Counted from the first letter of the stretch, positions 38,002 through 49,643 are shown. The stretch is 64,000 nt of DNA from Alphaproteobacteria bacterium (GCA_965214705.1 OZ243972.1:2368001-2432000), one strand, 5' to 3'. Numbers and translations: made by a program. The notes: a model not told the origin generated them from the letters alone.

Positions 38002-40317
38002 CTAGAACCTCGTTCCGAAACTGAAGCGGAAGTTCTCGGTCCGGTCGAAGTCTTCTTTGATGAGGGCTCGTGAGAAGTCCAACCGAATTGGGCCGATCGG
38101 TGAACGGAATTTTAGCCCCACACCAACCGAAAGCCGCGGCGAGGCCTCGTCCAGGAGTTCCGGTCCAGAAACGTCGATCTCGGTGAGACTGCCGATATCG
38201 GTGAAGGTCGCGCCCCGCAGGTCGAGCTCTTCGGCCAGCCCCAGCGGGAAACTCAGCTCGCCCGTCACCGAATAGAAGAGATTGCCGCCGAGCGAATCGT
38301 CGGTCTCGGCATCGCGCGGGCCCACGCCACTAGGCTCGAAGCCCCGCAGACTTCGGCCACCGAGGAAGAACCGGTCGACAATACCCACGTCGTCGTCGAG
38401 GCCGGCGATATAGCCGCTACGAAGCAACCCGCTCAGGATCCATCCATCGGCTATCGAAAAGTAGTGGCCGTAGCGAAGGGTATGCTTGATGTATCGGTTG
38501 TCGCCGCCAAGCCCGGCGAGCTCTTGCCCGAAGCGGACAACATACCCTTCGGTCGGGTCGATGATGCTGTCGCGCAGATCGTAAGTCAGCCGGTGCGAGA
38601 TGGCCGAGGTCGTCGTCTCGCCTTCCTGCTCACGGATAAATCGCGACGTGGTCGGCGAGACATCGCTGACTTCATCGTTCTTGAACGTGTAGGCGACAGA
38701 ATGCCGCAACCGCTCGGACAATGGATAGCCTAAGCGCAACGAGAGACCGACGGTTTCGCGATCGAAAGAGCTCTCGTCTTGTAGATCGGCAGTCCGACGA
38801 AAAACGTCGAATCCCGCCGCGACGTCCCGGTCCATGAAATAGGGCTCGGTGAAACTCAGGTCGATCTCCTGGCGGCTATCCGAGGCCGTGAGCCCGAGCC
38901 TGAGGTCCTGTCCTCGGCCGAGAAGATTGCGCTCACGGATGGCAATGTCGCCGAGCACGCCTTCAGCCGATGAGACGCCGGCGCCAAAGCTGATCTCGCC
39001 CGTGGGGACCTCGCTGACCTCTACCGTGAGGATCGAGCGGTCCGGCGCCGAGCCCTCGCTGGTGCTGATGTCGACCTTGTCGAAGAAGCCGAGGTTCATG
39101 ATGCGCTGTCGCGAGCGGCGGATCAGGGCCGAGCTGAAGGCATCGCCTTCCACCAACCGGAACTCGCGGCGGATCACCTCGTCGAGGGTGCGGACGTTGC
39201 CCACGATGTCGATACGCTCGACATAGACCCGCGGGCCCTCGTCGATCTCGAAGGTGACGTCGACGGTTGTCGCCTCCCGGTCTCGCTCGATGCGGGGCTG
39301 GACGTCGACGAACGCGTAACCGCGGCTGCCGACGACCTCGGTGAGCGCGACCAGCGTCTCCTCGACTTGCTCCGCGTCATACCAATCACCCGTTTCGATC
39401 TCGACGATGGGGAATAGCTCATCCGGCGCCAGATCCCGCAGCTGGCTTTCGATATCGATGGCGGCCACTTGATAGCGATCTCCTTCCTCCAACGAGAAGG
39501 TGACGATGAAATCGCTGCGGTCGGGCGTGAGCTCGGCGACCGCTGAGACGACGCGAAAGTCGACGTAGCCGTTGGCGAGATAAAACCGGCGGAGCAGTTC
39601 TCGGTCGAAGGTCAGCCGGTCGGGATCGTAGTTATCGGCGGTCGTGGCGAAGCGATACCACGCGCTTTCTCGGGTCTGGATGACGTCTCTGAGAGCGCTG
39701 TCGCTGAAGTGGGCGTTGCCGATGAAGTTGATCCGCCGGATTCCTGTAACCGGGCCTTCATTCACTTCGAAGACGAGGTCGACCCGGTTTTGCGGGAGCT
39801 GGATGACCTTGGGCTCGATGGTGGCGGCGAAGCGACCGCTACGCCGGTAGATATCGGTCAACCGCTGCAGGTCCGACTGCACCCGCGGCCGAGTGTAGAC
39901 CACCCTCGGTTGGAGCTGAATCTCCGACTCCAGATCGTCGTCCTCGATCGCGTCGTTACCTTCGAAGAGCACGCGATTGATGATCGGGTTCTCGACCACG
40001 CTGACGATGAGGGCGTCTCCCTCCCGCCGGATAGCCACATCGGCGAACAGGCCGCTTTCGAAAAGACTCTTGAGGGACTCGTTGAGCGCGTCGGCATCGA
40101 ACGCATCGCCAGGGCCCACCGCCATGTAGGACCGCACAGTGTCCGCTTCGATACGCTCGTTGCCCTCGACGAGCACGGATTCGATCAACCATTCCTGCGC
40201 CGTGGCAGCACCCATCCACAGGCCGAGGATGACCGCTGCCAGCCAGACGACGTGTCGCGTCCGGCCCCTTGCACCCGCCGCTGTCGCTCCGCGCATCTGC
40301 TTCGCTCGCTGGGTCAT
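38002..40317 (-). CDS. bamA: Outer membrane protein assembly factor BamA
   Basis: POTRA repeats (VEGNERIE, GNVRTLDEVIRRE), LRGF, C-terminal FSFGTRF; start trimmed to ATG 40317. Confidence 0.97.
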   Translation of the reverse strand: MTQRAKQMRGATAAGARGRTRHVVWLAAVILGLWMGAATAQEWLIESVLVEGNERIEADTVRSYMAVGPGDAFDADALNESLKSLFESGLFADVAIRREGDALIVSVVENPIINRVLFEGNDAIEDDDLESEIQLQPRVVYTRPRVQSDLQRLTDIYRRSGRFAATIEPKVIQLPQNRVDLVFEVNEGPVTGIRRINFIGNAHFSDSALRDVIQTRESAWYRFATTADNYDPDRLTFDRELLRRFYLANGYVDFRVVSAVAELTPDRSDFIVTFSLEEGDRYQVAAIDIESQLRDLAPDELFPIVEIETGDWYDAEQVEETLVALTEVVGSRGYAFVDVQPRIERDREATTVDVTFEIDEGPRVYVERIDIVGNVRTLDEVIRREFRLVEGDAFSSALIRRSRQRIMNLGFFDKVDISTSEGSAPDRSILTVEVSEVPTGEISFGAGVSSAEGVLGDIAIRERNLLGRGQDLRLGLTASDSRQEIDLSFTEPYFMDRDVAAGFDVFRRTADLQDESSFDRETVGLSLRLGYPLSERLRHSVAYTFKNDEVSDVSPTTSRFIREQEGETTTSAISHRLTYDLRDSIIDPTEGYVVRFGQELAGLGGDNRYIKHTLRYGHYFSIADGWILSGLLRSGYIAGLDDDVGIVDRFFLGGRSLRGFEPSGVGPRDAETDDSLGGNLFYSVTGELSFPLGLAEELDLRGATFTDIGSLTEIDVSGPELLDEASPRLSVGVGLKFRSPIGPIRLDFSRALIKEDFDRTENFRFSFGTRF

Positions 40318-41660
40318 GAGGTCAGGCCGATGATGTCCTTCGTCGTCACCCATACCATCAATGCGATAACGAGCGTTAGCCCCACCGTCGCGCCGATCTG
40401 CTGAAGCCGTGCGTTCAGCGGGCGCCGGAACAGGGCTTCGATGCCGTTGTATAGCAGGTGGCCGCCGTCGAGCGGCGGGATCGGAAACAGATTGATCAGG
40501 CCGAGGGCGATGGAAATCAACGCTGCGAACTCGATGAACCCAGAGACGCCGCGCTCGAGCACGCTCCGCGACATGACGGCGATGCCGACGGGACCGCTCA
40601 ATTGCTCGGTGGAGCGGGTGCCGGCGATCATCTGCCCGATTGCACGCAAGTTGGCGGCGGCGAGCGCATACGTGTGTTCGACCCCTGCCCAAATTGACTC
40701 ACCGACTCCAAGATTGCGGAACGCCGTCTGCTGCTCGGGGTAGACACCGATCCGCCCCGTCCCGTTCGCGTCGTCCGGGGTGACGGTCAGCGTCTCCTCG
40801 CCGCCGCTCCGTTCGACGACGAAAGTGAGCGGCACGCCCGCGTTCCGCTCCGCGATGGTGCGAAGGTGGTCGAAGCTCTCGATCGCCACATCGCCGATAC
40901 GGACGATGCTGTCGCCGGCCTGGAGGCCGCCCCGCTCAGCCGGGCTGCCCGCCACCACCTGCGAGACAGAAGCTGGTGTGAACGGCCGGACCCCGATATC
41001 GCCCAGTTGCTGCGGCCGGTCGAAGGCGTCCAGAACCTCGATGATCTCCGGCTTGACCGTGAATTCGAGCAACTCACCGCTTCGTTCGACTGCGAGCGTG
41101 AGCGGCTCGCCCACGCTCTGGAGGAGGGTGAAGTCCAGCTCCTCGAAGCGTTCGACGCGACTGCCGTTGAGCTCGACCAGTCTGTCGCCCGGCTGGAGCC
41201 CGGCAACGGCGGCAGGGCTGCCCGCGCGCACGGTGCCGATCTCCACCGGCGTGTAGCGCTGGCCGACCACAATGAAGAAGACGGCGAAGATCGCCGCTGC
41301 GAGCAGGAGGTTGGCGAACGGACCCGCGAACGCGATGGCCGAGCGTTTCCCCACCGACTTGGCGAAGAACGAATCGGGCGGGGGCGGCGCGTCGTCATCC
41401 TTGGCCGACGTGCTGGTGACATCGGCGTCGCCGTGGAACTTCACATAGCCGCCGAGCGGCAGCGCACACAGCTTCCAGCGTGTCCCGTGGCGGTCGTCGA
41501 TGCCGACGAGCTCCGGCCCGAAGCCGACAGCGAACACCTCCACGCGCACGCCGTTGATCCTGGCCACGAGGTAATGGCCAAGCTCGTGGAAGAACACCAC
41601 GGGCGTGATCACCGCGAGAAACGGCCAAATATAGTTTAGTTTGTCGACAAGCAGGTCCAT
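40314..41660 (-). CDS. rseP: RIP metalloprotease RseP (two PDZ domains)
   Basis: HELGH, PLGGYVKF, NLFPIPPLDGGH. Confidence 0.96.
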   Translation of the reverse strand: MDLLVDKLNYIWPFLAVITPVVFFHELGHYLVARINGVRVEVFAVGFGPELVGIDDRHGTRWKLCALPLGGYVKFHGDADVTSTSAKDDDAPPPPDSFFAKSVGKRSAIAFAGPFANLLLAAAIFAVFFIVVGQRYTPVEIGTVRAGSPAAVAGLQPGDRLVELNGSRVERFEELDFTLLQSVGEPLTLAVERSGELLEFTVKPEIIEVLDAFDRPQQLGDIGVRPFTPASVSQVVAGSPAERGGLQAGDSIVRIGDVAIESFDHLRTIAERNAGVPLTFVVERSGGEETLTVTPDDANGTGRIGVYPEQQTAFRNLGVGESIWAGVEHTYALAAANLRAIGQMIAGTRSTEQLSGPVGIAVMSRSVLERGVSGFIEFAALISIALGLINLFPIPPLDGGHLLYNGIEALFRRPLNARLQQIGATVGLTLVIALMVWVTTKDIIGLTS

Positions 41661-41912
41661 GGTGGCGAACAAGTGGCTATGATCGGACGTCGGCGCAAGG
41701 CCAAGCTACGCCGGGCGATCGGTTTGGCGGGGCGATCGCGGCGGCGCCCGGGATTATACATGACCGCGCCGCCCGCGCCCCGCAATTCCCTGTGAGCTTG
41801 CGGGCGTCCGGCAATAGGGGGCAAGTAGCGAGACGATGGGACCCGGCTCGGCGAGCGGTTTGCGTTGCGGCGAGAGACGGCCCAGGGTGGCCGGCTTCCC
41901 GAGCGTGCGGCG

Positions 41913-44657
41913 ATGAACGCACCTGACTCTCCGCCGGACCTCTTCGACCGACGGACTCTTGCAGATGCGATCCACCGGCTCCGTCGCGACGACCGGAAGA
42001 GCGTGCTCGAAGTTATGCGGCGCGCCCGCGATCAAGGCCGTGAGGCGCTTCGGCGACGCCTCGAAGCCGGAGCGTCGGGTGCCGAGATCGTTGCAGCCCA
42101 GACCACTCTGATCGACCAGCTTCTGCGCGTGCTGCTGGATCGGGCGGCCGAGGTCCTCTACCCGCTGCCCAACCCGACCACGGCCAACCGTCTTTCGCTG
42201 CTGGCGGTCGGCGGCTACGGCCGGGGCGATCTGTCGCCCCACTCCGATATCGATATCCTCTTCCTGCACCCCTACAAGCTCACCGCCCGCAGCGAGCAGA
42301 TCATCGAGCATCTGCTCTACATGATGTGGGACCTCGGCTTCACGGTCGGCCATGCGACCCGTTCGGTCGCCGATTGCCTTGGGCGGGCACGGGACGACAT
42401 GACGATCCGCACCGCGGTGCTCGAATCGCGCCGCGTGTGGGGCGACCAGGCGCTCTATGACGGGTTCCGCCATCGATTTCTTGCCGAGCTGGTGCCTGGC
42501 ACCGAGGCCGAGTTCGTGGCCGCCAAGATGCGCGAACGCGATGAGCGACACGTGCGCGCAGGCGATTCGCGTTATCTCCTGGAGCCTAACGTGAAGGACG
42601 GCAAGGGTGGCTTGCGCGACCTCCACGTGCTGTTCTGGATCGCCAAGTATCTCTTCCGTGTCGAGCGTTTCGGCGAGCTGGTGGAGCGCGGCGTGCTCAA
42701 TCAGCACGAATACGATCGCTTTGCGCGGGCTGAGGACTTCTTGTGGCGGGTTAGGGCGCACCTCCACATCGTCTGCGACCGCGCCGAGGATCGCCTCACC
42801 TTCGACCGGCAACCCGAGATCGCAGCGCGCATGGGCTACGGGCCGCGCCGCGGCAATCTCGCCGTCGAGCGGTTCATGAAGCACTATTTTCTGGCTGCGA
42901 AGGAGGTGGGCGAGCTCACGCGGGTCTTCTGCGCGGTGCTGGAGGCAGAGCGGCTCCACAGCGCTCCGGTCCACCGCTCCGGGACGGTGACGGGCCCTGC
43001 CCGCGACGGGCTGTTCGTCTCCGGTGGACGCATCGCGGCGGTCAGCGTGGACACCTTCATGGAGCGCCCGGTGCGTCTCGTGACGATCTTCCGCCGCGCC
43101 CAGATCGAAGGCCGCGACATCCATCCCGCCACTGCGCGCTTGATCCACCAGGGCCACGGTCTGATCACCGCCGAGGTGCGCGACGACCCCGAGGCCAACC
43201 GCGCCTTCCGCGCGATCCTCACCGACAGGCGCGATCCCGAAAAGATTCTTCGGATGATGAACGAGGCCGGCGTGATGGGGCAGTTTCTGCCGGACTTCGG
43301 CCGCGTCGTCGCGCAGACCCAACTCGATCTGTATCACGTCTATACGGTCGACGAGCACAGTATTCGGGCCATCGGCGTGCTCGCCGCGATCGAAAGAGGC
43401 GACCATGCCGACGAGCTGCCGCTCGCCAGCACCCTGATTCACCAATTGCGGATGCGCGATGTGCTCTATCTCGCGCTTCTCCTGCACGATGTCGCGAAGG
43501 GACGGGGCGGCGACCATTCGGAGATCGGCGCCGAGATCGCACGCGAGGTCGCCAACCGGCTACAATTCACACCGGATGAGGTCGAGACCGTCGCCTGGCT
43601 CGTCCGCTGGCATCTCCTGTTCAGCATGACCGCGTTCAAACGCGACCCCAACGATCCGCGCACCATTGACGATTTCGTCGGCCGGGTCCGCTCGCTCGAG
43701 CGCCTGCGGCTCCTGCTGGTGCTGACCGCCGCCGACATCACCGCCGTTGGGCCGGGGCGCATGACGGCGTGGAAAGGCTCGCTCCTGCGCATGCTCTACC
43801 ACCGGGCCGAGGCGGTGCTGGCCGGCGGCCGCGAGGCCGAGGACCGGGAGGCGCGCGTGACGAATGCCCGGCAGGCTCTGCATGCCCGCCTATCGGACTG
43901 GACCGAGGCAGAGGTCGCGCAATTCGAGGCCAGACTTCCCGAGAACTATTGGCTCTCCACCGACAGCGCGATGCAGGAACGCCACGCCCGCCTCGTGCAA
44001 GGCGGGGACAGGGGGCCCCTGGTCGAGACCCGCATCGATCAGACCAGGGAAGCGACGGAGATGACGCTCTACACGCCCGATTACATCGGCCTGTTCGCCG
44101 CCATTGCCGGCGCAATGGCCAATTCGGGTGCGAACATCATCGACGCCCGCGTCTTTACCACCAGTGACGGGATGGCCATCGACACGATCTGGATTCAGGC
44201 CGCAGGCGGCGGCGCGATCCGCGACGAAGAGCGCCTGGAGCGGCTCGAGCAAAGCGTGGTGCGCGCGCTCTCCCAAGATGACGCGGGTGCCGAACGCGCG
44301 GATGAGGCGGCCTTCGTGGCCGCACCTCTGCCAGCGCGCTCTGCCCCGATCGCGCTCGAGCCCCATGTCCTCGTCGATAACGGTGCGAGCATCGGCTACA
44401 CCGTAATCGAGGTGAGCGCGCGCGATCGCCCAGGGCTCCTCTACGACATCACGCGGACGCTCAGCGCCTGCGGCGTCTCGATCGGCTCGGCGCACATTTC
44501 GACTGTGGGCTCCCGCGCCGTCGACGTCTTCTACGTGAGGGACCGTTTCGGCCTGAAGCTTTCCCGCGAAGCGCAGATCGCGCAGGTGCAGGGCCGCCTG
44601 ACCGAAATGCTCTGGCGCCAGTCCGGCGATGCGACGCGCCGCCGCGCGGCCGGCTAA
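41913..44657 (+). CDS. glnD: [Protein-PII] uridylyltransferase
   Basis: AVGGYGRG.L.PHSDID, EPNVKDGKGGLRD, HVYTVDEH, LLHDVAKGRGGDHS, two ACT domains. Confidence 0.97.
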   Translation: MNAPDSPPDLFDRRTLADAIHRLRRDDRKSVLEVMRRARDQGREALRRRLEAGASGAEIVAAQTTLIDQLLRVLLDRAAEVLYPLPNPTTANRLSLLAVGGYGRGDLSPHSDIDILFLHPYKLTARSEQIIEHLLYMMWDLGFTVGHATRSVADCLGRARDDMTIRTAVLESRRVWGDQALYDGFRHRFLAELVPGTEAEFVAAKMRERDERHVRAGDSRYLLEPNVKDGKGGLRDLHVLFWIAKYLFRVERFGELVERGVLNQHEYDRFARAEDFLWRVRAHLHIVCDRAEDRLTFDRQPEIAARMGYGPRRGNLAVERFMKHYFLAAKEVGELTRVFCAVLEAERLHSAPVHRSGTVTGPARDGLFVSGGRIAAVSVDTFMERPVRLVTIFRRAQIEGRDIHPATARLIHQGHGLITAEVRDDPEANRAFRAILTDRRDPEKILRMMNEAGVMGQFLPDFGRVVAQTQLDLYHVYTVDEHSIRAIGVLAAIERGDHADELPLASTLIHQLRMRDVLYLALLLHDVAKGRGGDHSEIGAEIAREVANRLQFTPDEVETVAWLVRWHLLFSMTAFKRDPNDPRTIDDFVGRVRSLERLRLLLVLTAADITAVGPGRMTAWKGSLLRMLYHRAEAVLAGGREAEDREARVTNARQALHARLSDWTEAEVAQFEARLPENYWLSTDSAMQERHARLVQGGDRGPLVETRIDQTREATEMTLYTPDYIGLFAAIAGAMANSGANIIDARVFTTSDGMAIDTIWIQAAGGGAIRDEERLERLEQSVVRALSQDDAGAERADEAAFVAAPLPARSAPIALEPHVLVDNGASIGYTVIEVSARDRPGLLYDITRTLSACGVSIGSAHISTVGSRAVDVFYVRDRFGLKLSREAQIAQVQGRLTEMLWRQSGDATRRRAAG

Positions 44658-44691
44658 TCTGCCGGCCCTCTACCGGCCACCCGTGTAACCG

Positions 44692-46269
44692 ATGGCACTC
44701 GCCCGCTGGGCCGCGACGGTCGGCGGCTACACCATGGGCTCGCGCGTTCTCGGCTTTCTGCGCGACATCCTGATCGCGTCCGTTCTCGGCGCGAGCCCAG
44801 TCGCCGATGCCTTCTTCGTCGCATTCAAGCTGCCCAACTTCCTGCGGCGGCTGTTCGCCGAAGGCGCATTCAACGCTGCCTTCGTGCCGCTCTTCGCGGG
44901 CACACTGGAGCGCGACGGGCGCGAGGCGGCCAAATCGTTCGCCGAAGACGTGCTGACCGTCCTGCTATGGACGCTGCTGGTGCTCGTCATCGCGGCGCAA
45001 GTCTTGATGCCCTGGCTCATGCACGTGCTGGCGCCGGGCTTCGCGGACGAGCCCGGCAAGCTCGATCTGACCGTGCAGCTCACACGCCTCACGTTCCCCT
45101 ACATCCTCCTGATTTCGCTCGTCTCCCTCCTCGGCGGCGTGTTGAATTCTCTCTACCGCTTCGCCGCCGTGGCGGCGACGCCGATCCTGCTTAATCTCTG
45201 CCTGATCGGGGCCTTGCTCGGGCTCGCGCGCTGGACCGAGACGCCGGGGCATGCGCTGGCGGTGGGTGTCACGGTCGGCGGCATCGTTCAGTTCGTCTGG
45301 CTGGTGGTCGCCGCCTCGCGCGCAGGGATGTCGCTCCGCCTGCGCCGGCCCCGGCTCACACCGGGGGTCAAGCGACTGCTGATCCTCGCCGCACCGGCGG
45401 CGCTCGGCGCCGGCGTCGCCCAGATCAATCTGGTCGTCGACATCATCATCGCTTCGCTCTTGCCCACCGGCTCGGTCTCCTACCTCTATTACGCCGACCG
45501 CGTAAATCAGCTTCCCCTCGGCGTCGTCGGGGTCGCGGTCGGGACCGCGCTGCTGCCGCTGCTGAGCCGCCAGCTGCGGGCGGGCGAGACGGACGAGGCG
45601 TCGAACAGTCTGAACAGGGCGATCGAGATGGCGCTGCTCTTGGCAGTGCCGGCGGCGGTCGCGCTCATCGTCATCGCTGGCCCCGTGATCGCGGTCCTGT
45701 TCGAGCGCGGCGCCTTCGGCGTGACAGAGAGCGACGCCACGGCCGGCGCGCTGGTCGCCTATGCCGCCGGGTTGCCCGCGTTCGTCCTGATCAAGGTGCT
45801 GGCGCCCGGCTATTTCGCGCGCCAGGACACCAGGACGCCGGTGCGGATCGCCATCCTCTGCCTCGCGGTGAACGTCGTGCTGAACCTCGCCCTCATGGGC
45901 CCGCTCGCCCACGTCGGGATCGCGTTGGCAACCACGCTCGCCGGCTGGCTCAATGTCGGTCTTCTGGCTGCGGGCCTGGCCCGACGCGGCTTCCTCAAGC
46001 CGGACCGCAGGCTTAGGCGCCGATTGCCGCGCATGATCGCGGCGTCGGCCGGCATGGCGGTCGTGCTCTGGGCGCTCGCGCTGGCCCTGGAGATGGCGCT
46101 GGAAGTGGCGGGCTTGCGCATCGCAGCGCTCGCCGCCCTCGTCGCCGCTGGTCTCGTCGTCTACGGCGCGCTCGCCATCGTCACAGGAATCGTTTCGGTG
46201 GGCGAAATGCGCGCGCTGTTGGCCCGGCAGCAACGGCAAGACAAAGGGCAAGACCAAGGCCAAGGTTGA
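44692..46269 (+). CDS. murJ: Lipid II flippase MurJ
   Basis: [38 protein letters not shown]. Confidence 0.97.
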   Translation: MALARWAATVGGYTMGSRVLGFLRDILIASVLGASPVADAFFVAFKLPNFLRRLFAEGAFNAAFVPLFAGTLERDGREAAKSFAEDVLTVLLWTLLVLVIAAQVLMPWLMHVLAPGFADEPGKLDLTVQLTRLTFPYILLISLVSLLGGVLNSLYRFAAVAATPILLNLCLIGALLGLARWTETPGHALAVGVTVGGIVQFVWLVVAASRAGMSLRLRRPRLTPGVKRLLILAAPAALGAGVAQINLVVDIIIASLLPTGSVSYLYYADRVNQLPLGVVGVAVGTALLPLLSRQLRAGETDEASNSLNRAIEMALLLAVPAAVALIVIAGPVIAVLFERGAFGVTESDATAGALVAYAAGLPAFVLIKVLAPGYFARQDTRTPVRIAILCLAVNVVLNLALMGPLAHVGIALATTLAGWLNVGLLAAGLARRGFLKPDRRLRRRLPRMIAASAGMAVVLWALALALEMALEVAGLRIAALAALVAAGLVVYGALAIVTGIVSVGEMRALLARQQRQDKGQDQGQG

Positions 46270-46321
46270 CGGCGGCGCGCGAGGGCGCGATAAGGCGCGC
46301 CCCCGGTGGAGCGTTCCTGAC

Positions 46322-47314
46322 ATGAAGCGGGTCTTTTCCGGCGTACAGCCGACCGGCAACCTGCACCTCGGCAACTACCTCGGCGCGATCAAGAACTGGG
46401 TCGCGATGCAGCAGGAGTACGACTGCATTTATTGCATCGTCGATCTCCACGCGATCACGGTGGCGCAGGATCCGGAAGAGCTCACGAACAACACGCGCGA
46501 GGTCACGGCCGGGCTGATTGCCGCCGGGCTCGACCCCAAGACCTGCATCATCTTCAACCAGAGCAGCGTGACGGGACACGCGGAGCTTGCCTGGATTCTC
46601 AACTGCTTCACTCCGCTCGGCTGGCTCAACCGCATGACGCAGTTCAAGGAGAAGGCGGGGAAGAAGCGGGATAGCGCGCTCCTCGGCCTCTATGCCTACC
46701 CGGTGCTGATGGCCGCCGACATCCTGCTCTACCACGCGACGGCCGTGCCGGTGGGCGAGGACCAGAAGCAGCACCTGGAGCTTTCGCGCGATATTGCGAG
46801 CGCGTTCAATCGCGCCTACGACGTGGAATTCTTTCCCCTGCCCGAGCCGATGATCTTCGGCGCCGCGACGCGGGTGATGAGCCTGAGAGACGGGCGCAAC
46901 AAGATGAGCAAGTCGGACGGGTCCGACTACGCGCGAATCAATCTGACCGATGATGCCGACACGATCGCGCTCAAGATCAAGCGCGCCAAGACCGATTCCG
47001 AGCCCGGCCTGGCCCACGACCTCGAGTGGCGTCCCGAAGCGGCGAACCTGCTGAGCATTTACGCGGCGCTCGCCGACGAGCCCATTGAGAGGGTGGCCGC
47101 CGAGCATTCCCTGATGGGTTTTGCCGACTTCAAGGGCAAGCTTGCCGATCTCGCAATCGAGACGCTCGGCCCGCTCGCTGCACGCATGCGTGAGCTGTTG
47201 GCGGACCCCGGCTACATCGACGAGGTGCTCGCCGACGGCGCCGAGCGCGCCCGGCACATCGCCGACGCCAACCTTGCCGAAGTGCGGCGCATTATGGGGC
47301 TGCTCGACGCCTGA
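46322..47314 (+). CDS. trpS: Tryptophan-tRNA ligase
   Basis: [31 protein letters not shown]. Confidence 0.98.
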   Translation: MKRVFSGVQPTGNLHLGNYLGAIKNWVAMQQEYDCIYCIVDLHAITVAQDPEELTNNTREVTAGLIAAGLDPKTCIIFNQSSVTGHAELAWILNCFTPLGWLNRMTQFKEKAGKKRDSALLGLYAYPVLMAADILLYHATAVPVGEDQKQHLELSRDIASAFNRAYDVEFFPLPEPMIFGAATRVMSLRDGRNKMSKSDGSDYARINLTDDADTIALKIKRAKTDSEPGLAHDLEWRPEAANLLSIYAALADEPIERVAAEHSLMGFADFKGKLADLAIETLGPLAARMRELLADPGYIDEVLADGAERARHIADANLAEVRRIMGLLDA

Positions 47315-47445
47315 GCGGCTCCAGGCAGCGCTTTGCGGCCCAAGTCAGCGACAAAACTGCACGATTACAGACTTTTCGCTTGCGCTACTTGAGCGGGAGG
47401 CGCATGTAACGTGCGCATCCCCATACGCACGACGCTGTTTTCCCG

Positions 47446-48360
47446 ATGGAGATCTATCTCCCAATCGCCGAGCTTTCAGCCAATGCGCTGATTCTGCTCG
47501 TTCTCGGCGGCGGGGTGGGCTTGCTGTCGGGTATGTTCGGCGTGGGCGGCGGCTTTCTGATGACACCCCTCCTGATCTTCCTCGGGGTGACGCCCTCGGT
47601 CGCCGTTGGAACCGGTACCAACCTGATCATCGCGTCGTCGGTCTCCGGTACGATGGCGCACTGGCGCCGGGGCAACGTCGACTTTCTGATCGGTGCGCTG
47701 ATCTCCTGCGGCGGCGCGGGCGGCGCCTGGCTCGGCGCCTTCCTCTTCAAGCTGCTCAGCGACGCGGGCCAGATCGACCTGGTGATATCGCTCTCCTACG
47801 TGCTGTTTCTCGGGGTGGTCGGCTGCCTGATGGCGGTGGAGAGCGTGAGGGCGACGGTGCGGCGCCAGCGCACGGCGCACCGCAAGGCGCACCACCACAC
47901 CTGGATTCACGGGTTGCCGCTCAAGCTGCGCTTCCGCCGCTCGCGCCTCTACGTCAGTGCGATCCCGCCGTTCGTCCTTGGCTTCCTCATGGGCATCATT
48001 GCCTCCATCATGGGCGTCGGCGGCGGGTTCTTCATGGTGCCGGCGATGATCTACCTCATCGGCATGCCGACGGCGGTGGTGGTGGGCACCTCGTTGCTCG
48101 GGATCATCGTGATCAGCTCGGTTTCCTGCTTCGCCCACGCCATCAACAACAACAACGTGGACATCATCCTCGGCCTTCTGCTGGCGGTCGGCGCCGTCAT
48201 CGGCGCCCAATACGGCACGCGGCTCGGCGGGCGCATCCGGGCGGAGCATCTCCGGGGCCTGCTTGCGCTTATGGTGCTCGCGGTGGGTGGCCGGCTGGCA
48301 TACTCGCTGGTGGTGATGCCCGACGATCCCTTCGCGGTCGCACCGCTGTGGGGGAACTGA
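47446..48360 (+). CDS. TauE/SafE family permease
   Basis: MEIYLPIAE start, duplicated GVGGGF motifs. Confidence 0.9.
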   Translation: MEIYLPIAELSANALILLVLGGGVGLLSGMFGVGGGFLMTPLLIFLGVTPSVAVGTGTNLIIASSVSGTMAHWRRGNVDFLIGALISCGGAGGAWLGAFLFKLLSDAGQIDLVISLSYVLFLGVVGCLMAVESVRATVRRQRTAHRKAHHHTWIHGLPLKLRFRRSRLYVSAIPPFVLGFLMGIIASIMGVGGGFFMVPAMIYLIGMPTAVVVGTSLLGIIVISSVSCFAHAINNNNVDIILGLLLAVGAVIGAQYGTRLGGRIRAEHLRGLLALMVLAVGGRLAYSLVVMPDDPFAVAPLWGN

Positions 48361-49115
48361 TGCGGCGCGTGCTCCAACTGCTCGGGATGGTCTTCGCCGT
48401 CGGCGTCGCGGCAGTGCCCGCCGCGGCACAGGAGCACGACGAGCCCTTGCTGATCGCGCTCTCGACCCAGCGCATCGAGATCGACTCGAACTTCGCCGGC
48501 ACCTCGATCCTGCTCTTCGGTGCGACCGACATGGCGGGCGACGTCGTGGTCTCCGTGCGCGGGCCGGAGGAGCCGGTGGTGGTGCGCCGCAAGCTGCGGT
48601 CCGTCGGCGTCTGGGTCAACCAGGAAGCGATCGCCTTCCGCAACGTGCCCGGCTACTACTTCGTCGCTGCCTCAAGCCCGCTCGAGGACATCGCCCCGGA
48701 AGAGTTTCTCAATCGCGAGCAACTGGGCTCGAAGCGTCTGCTGCTCGAGGCGATCTGGTTCGACACGTCGGGCGATGCGGACGAGTTCCGCGCCGCCCTG
48801 CACCGCCACAGGGAACGCGACTCGCTGTACAGGTCGGAGCCGGGCGTGGTCGAGTTCATCGACGAGCGATTGTTCCGCACCACGATCGACCTGCCCGCCC
48901 ACGTGCCGACCGGCGAATACCTGGTGGAGGGGATGCTCCTGGTCGACGGCCAAGTGCTCAGCACGCGTTCGGCGGCGCTCACCATCGAGAAGGCGGGCTT
49001 CTCGGCGGACATTTCCACCTTCGCGCGGACGGACGAAGCCCTCTACGGCATCATTGCTATCGCGCTCGCGCTGGTGGCAGGATGGTTGGGCAGCTTCGCC
49101 TTCCGCAAGGGCTGA
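48360..49115 (+). CDS. TIGR02186-family membrane protein
   Basis: I.IDSNFAG..ILLFG, VVRRK...GVWVN, LFRTTI.LPA.VPTG.Y; ATG overlaps tauE stop. Confidence 0.85.
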   Translation: MRRVLQLLGMVFAVGVAAVPAAAQEHDEPLLIALSTQRIEIDSNFAGTSILLFGATDMAGDVVVSVRGPEEPVVVRRKLRSVGVWVNQEAIAFRNVPGYYFVAASSPLEDIAPEEFLNREQLGSKRLLLEAIWFDTSGDADEFRAALHRHRERDSLYRSEPGVVEFIDERLFRTTIDLPAHVPTGEYLVEGMLLVDGQVLSTRSAALTIEKAGFSADISTFARTDEALYGIIAIALALVAGWLGSFAFRKG

Positions 49116-49136
49116 GGACGCGGCGGGATCGATGCG

Positions 49137-49643
49137 ATGACCGAGCAGGCGCCGCCCGAAACGGACGCGGCCCACGTCGCCGGGCAGGTCACCTTCCTGG
49201 TCTGCGTCGCGGACGACGGCCATTCCGAAGTGGCGGCGCGGTTCGCCGCGCTGCGCGCCCGCAATTCCGGCGGCCGCGTGGCACTCATTCACGTGGTGCA
49301 GCCGCCGGAGTTCCAGCATTGGGCCGCGGTCGGCGAGCTGATGCGGCAGGAGACGCGGGAGGAAGCGGAAGCCCTCCTCCAGTCCATCGCCGCCAAGGTG
49401 GAGGACGTCACCGGAGAGTCGCCGAGCGTGGCGGTGCGCGAGGGCGGCATCGGTGACGAGATTCTGGGCCACGTGGCCGAGAACGAAGCGATCAACCTGT
49501 TGGTCGTCGGCGCGGCCCCGCCCGATCAGGGGCAGGGATCGCTGATTTCCTGGCTGGCCGGGCAGCTCGCCGGCCAGCTCAATATCCCGCTCGTGGTCGT
49601 CCCCGGCAACCTGAACGATCAGCAGCTCCAGGATTTGACTTAG
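49137..49643 (+). CDS. Universal stress protein
   Basis: FLVCVADD, EFQHWAAVG, LLVVGA, IPLVVVPG. Confidence 0.9.
   Translation: MTEQAPPETDAAHVAGQVTFLVCVADDGHSEVAARFAALRARNSGGRVALIHVVQPPEFQHWAAVGELMRQETREEAEALLQSIAAKVEDVTGESPSVAVREGGIGDEILGHVAENEAINLLVVGAAPPDQGQGSLISWLAGQLAGQLNIPLVVVPGNLNDQQLQDLT

Noticed and set aside
46231-46266. [13 protein letters not shown] low-complexity tail of MurJ
   Set aside because: Short imperfect repeat in a variable C-terminus; no evidence of phase variation.
47121-48359. 664-aa ORF 47121-49115 as a single large protein
   Set aside because: Only the part from 48360 resembles TIGR02186; the rest overlaps trpS and tauE out of frame.
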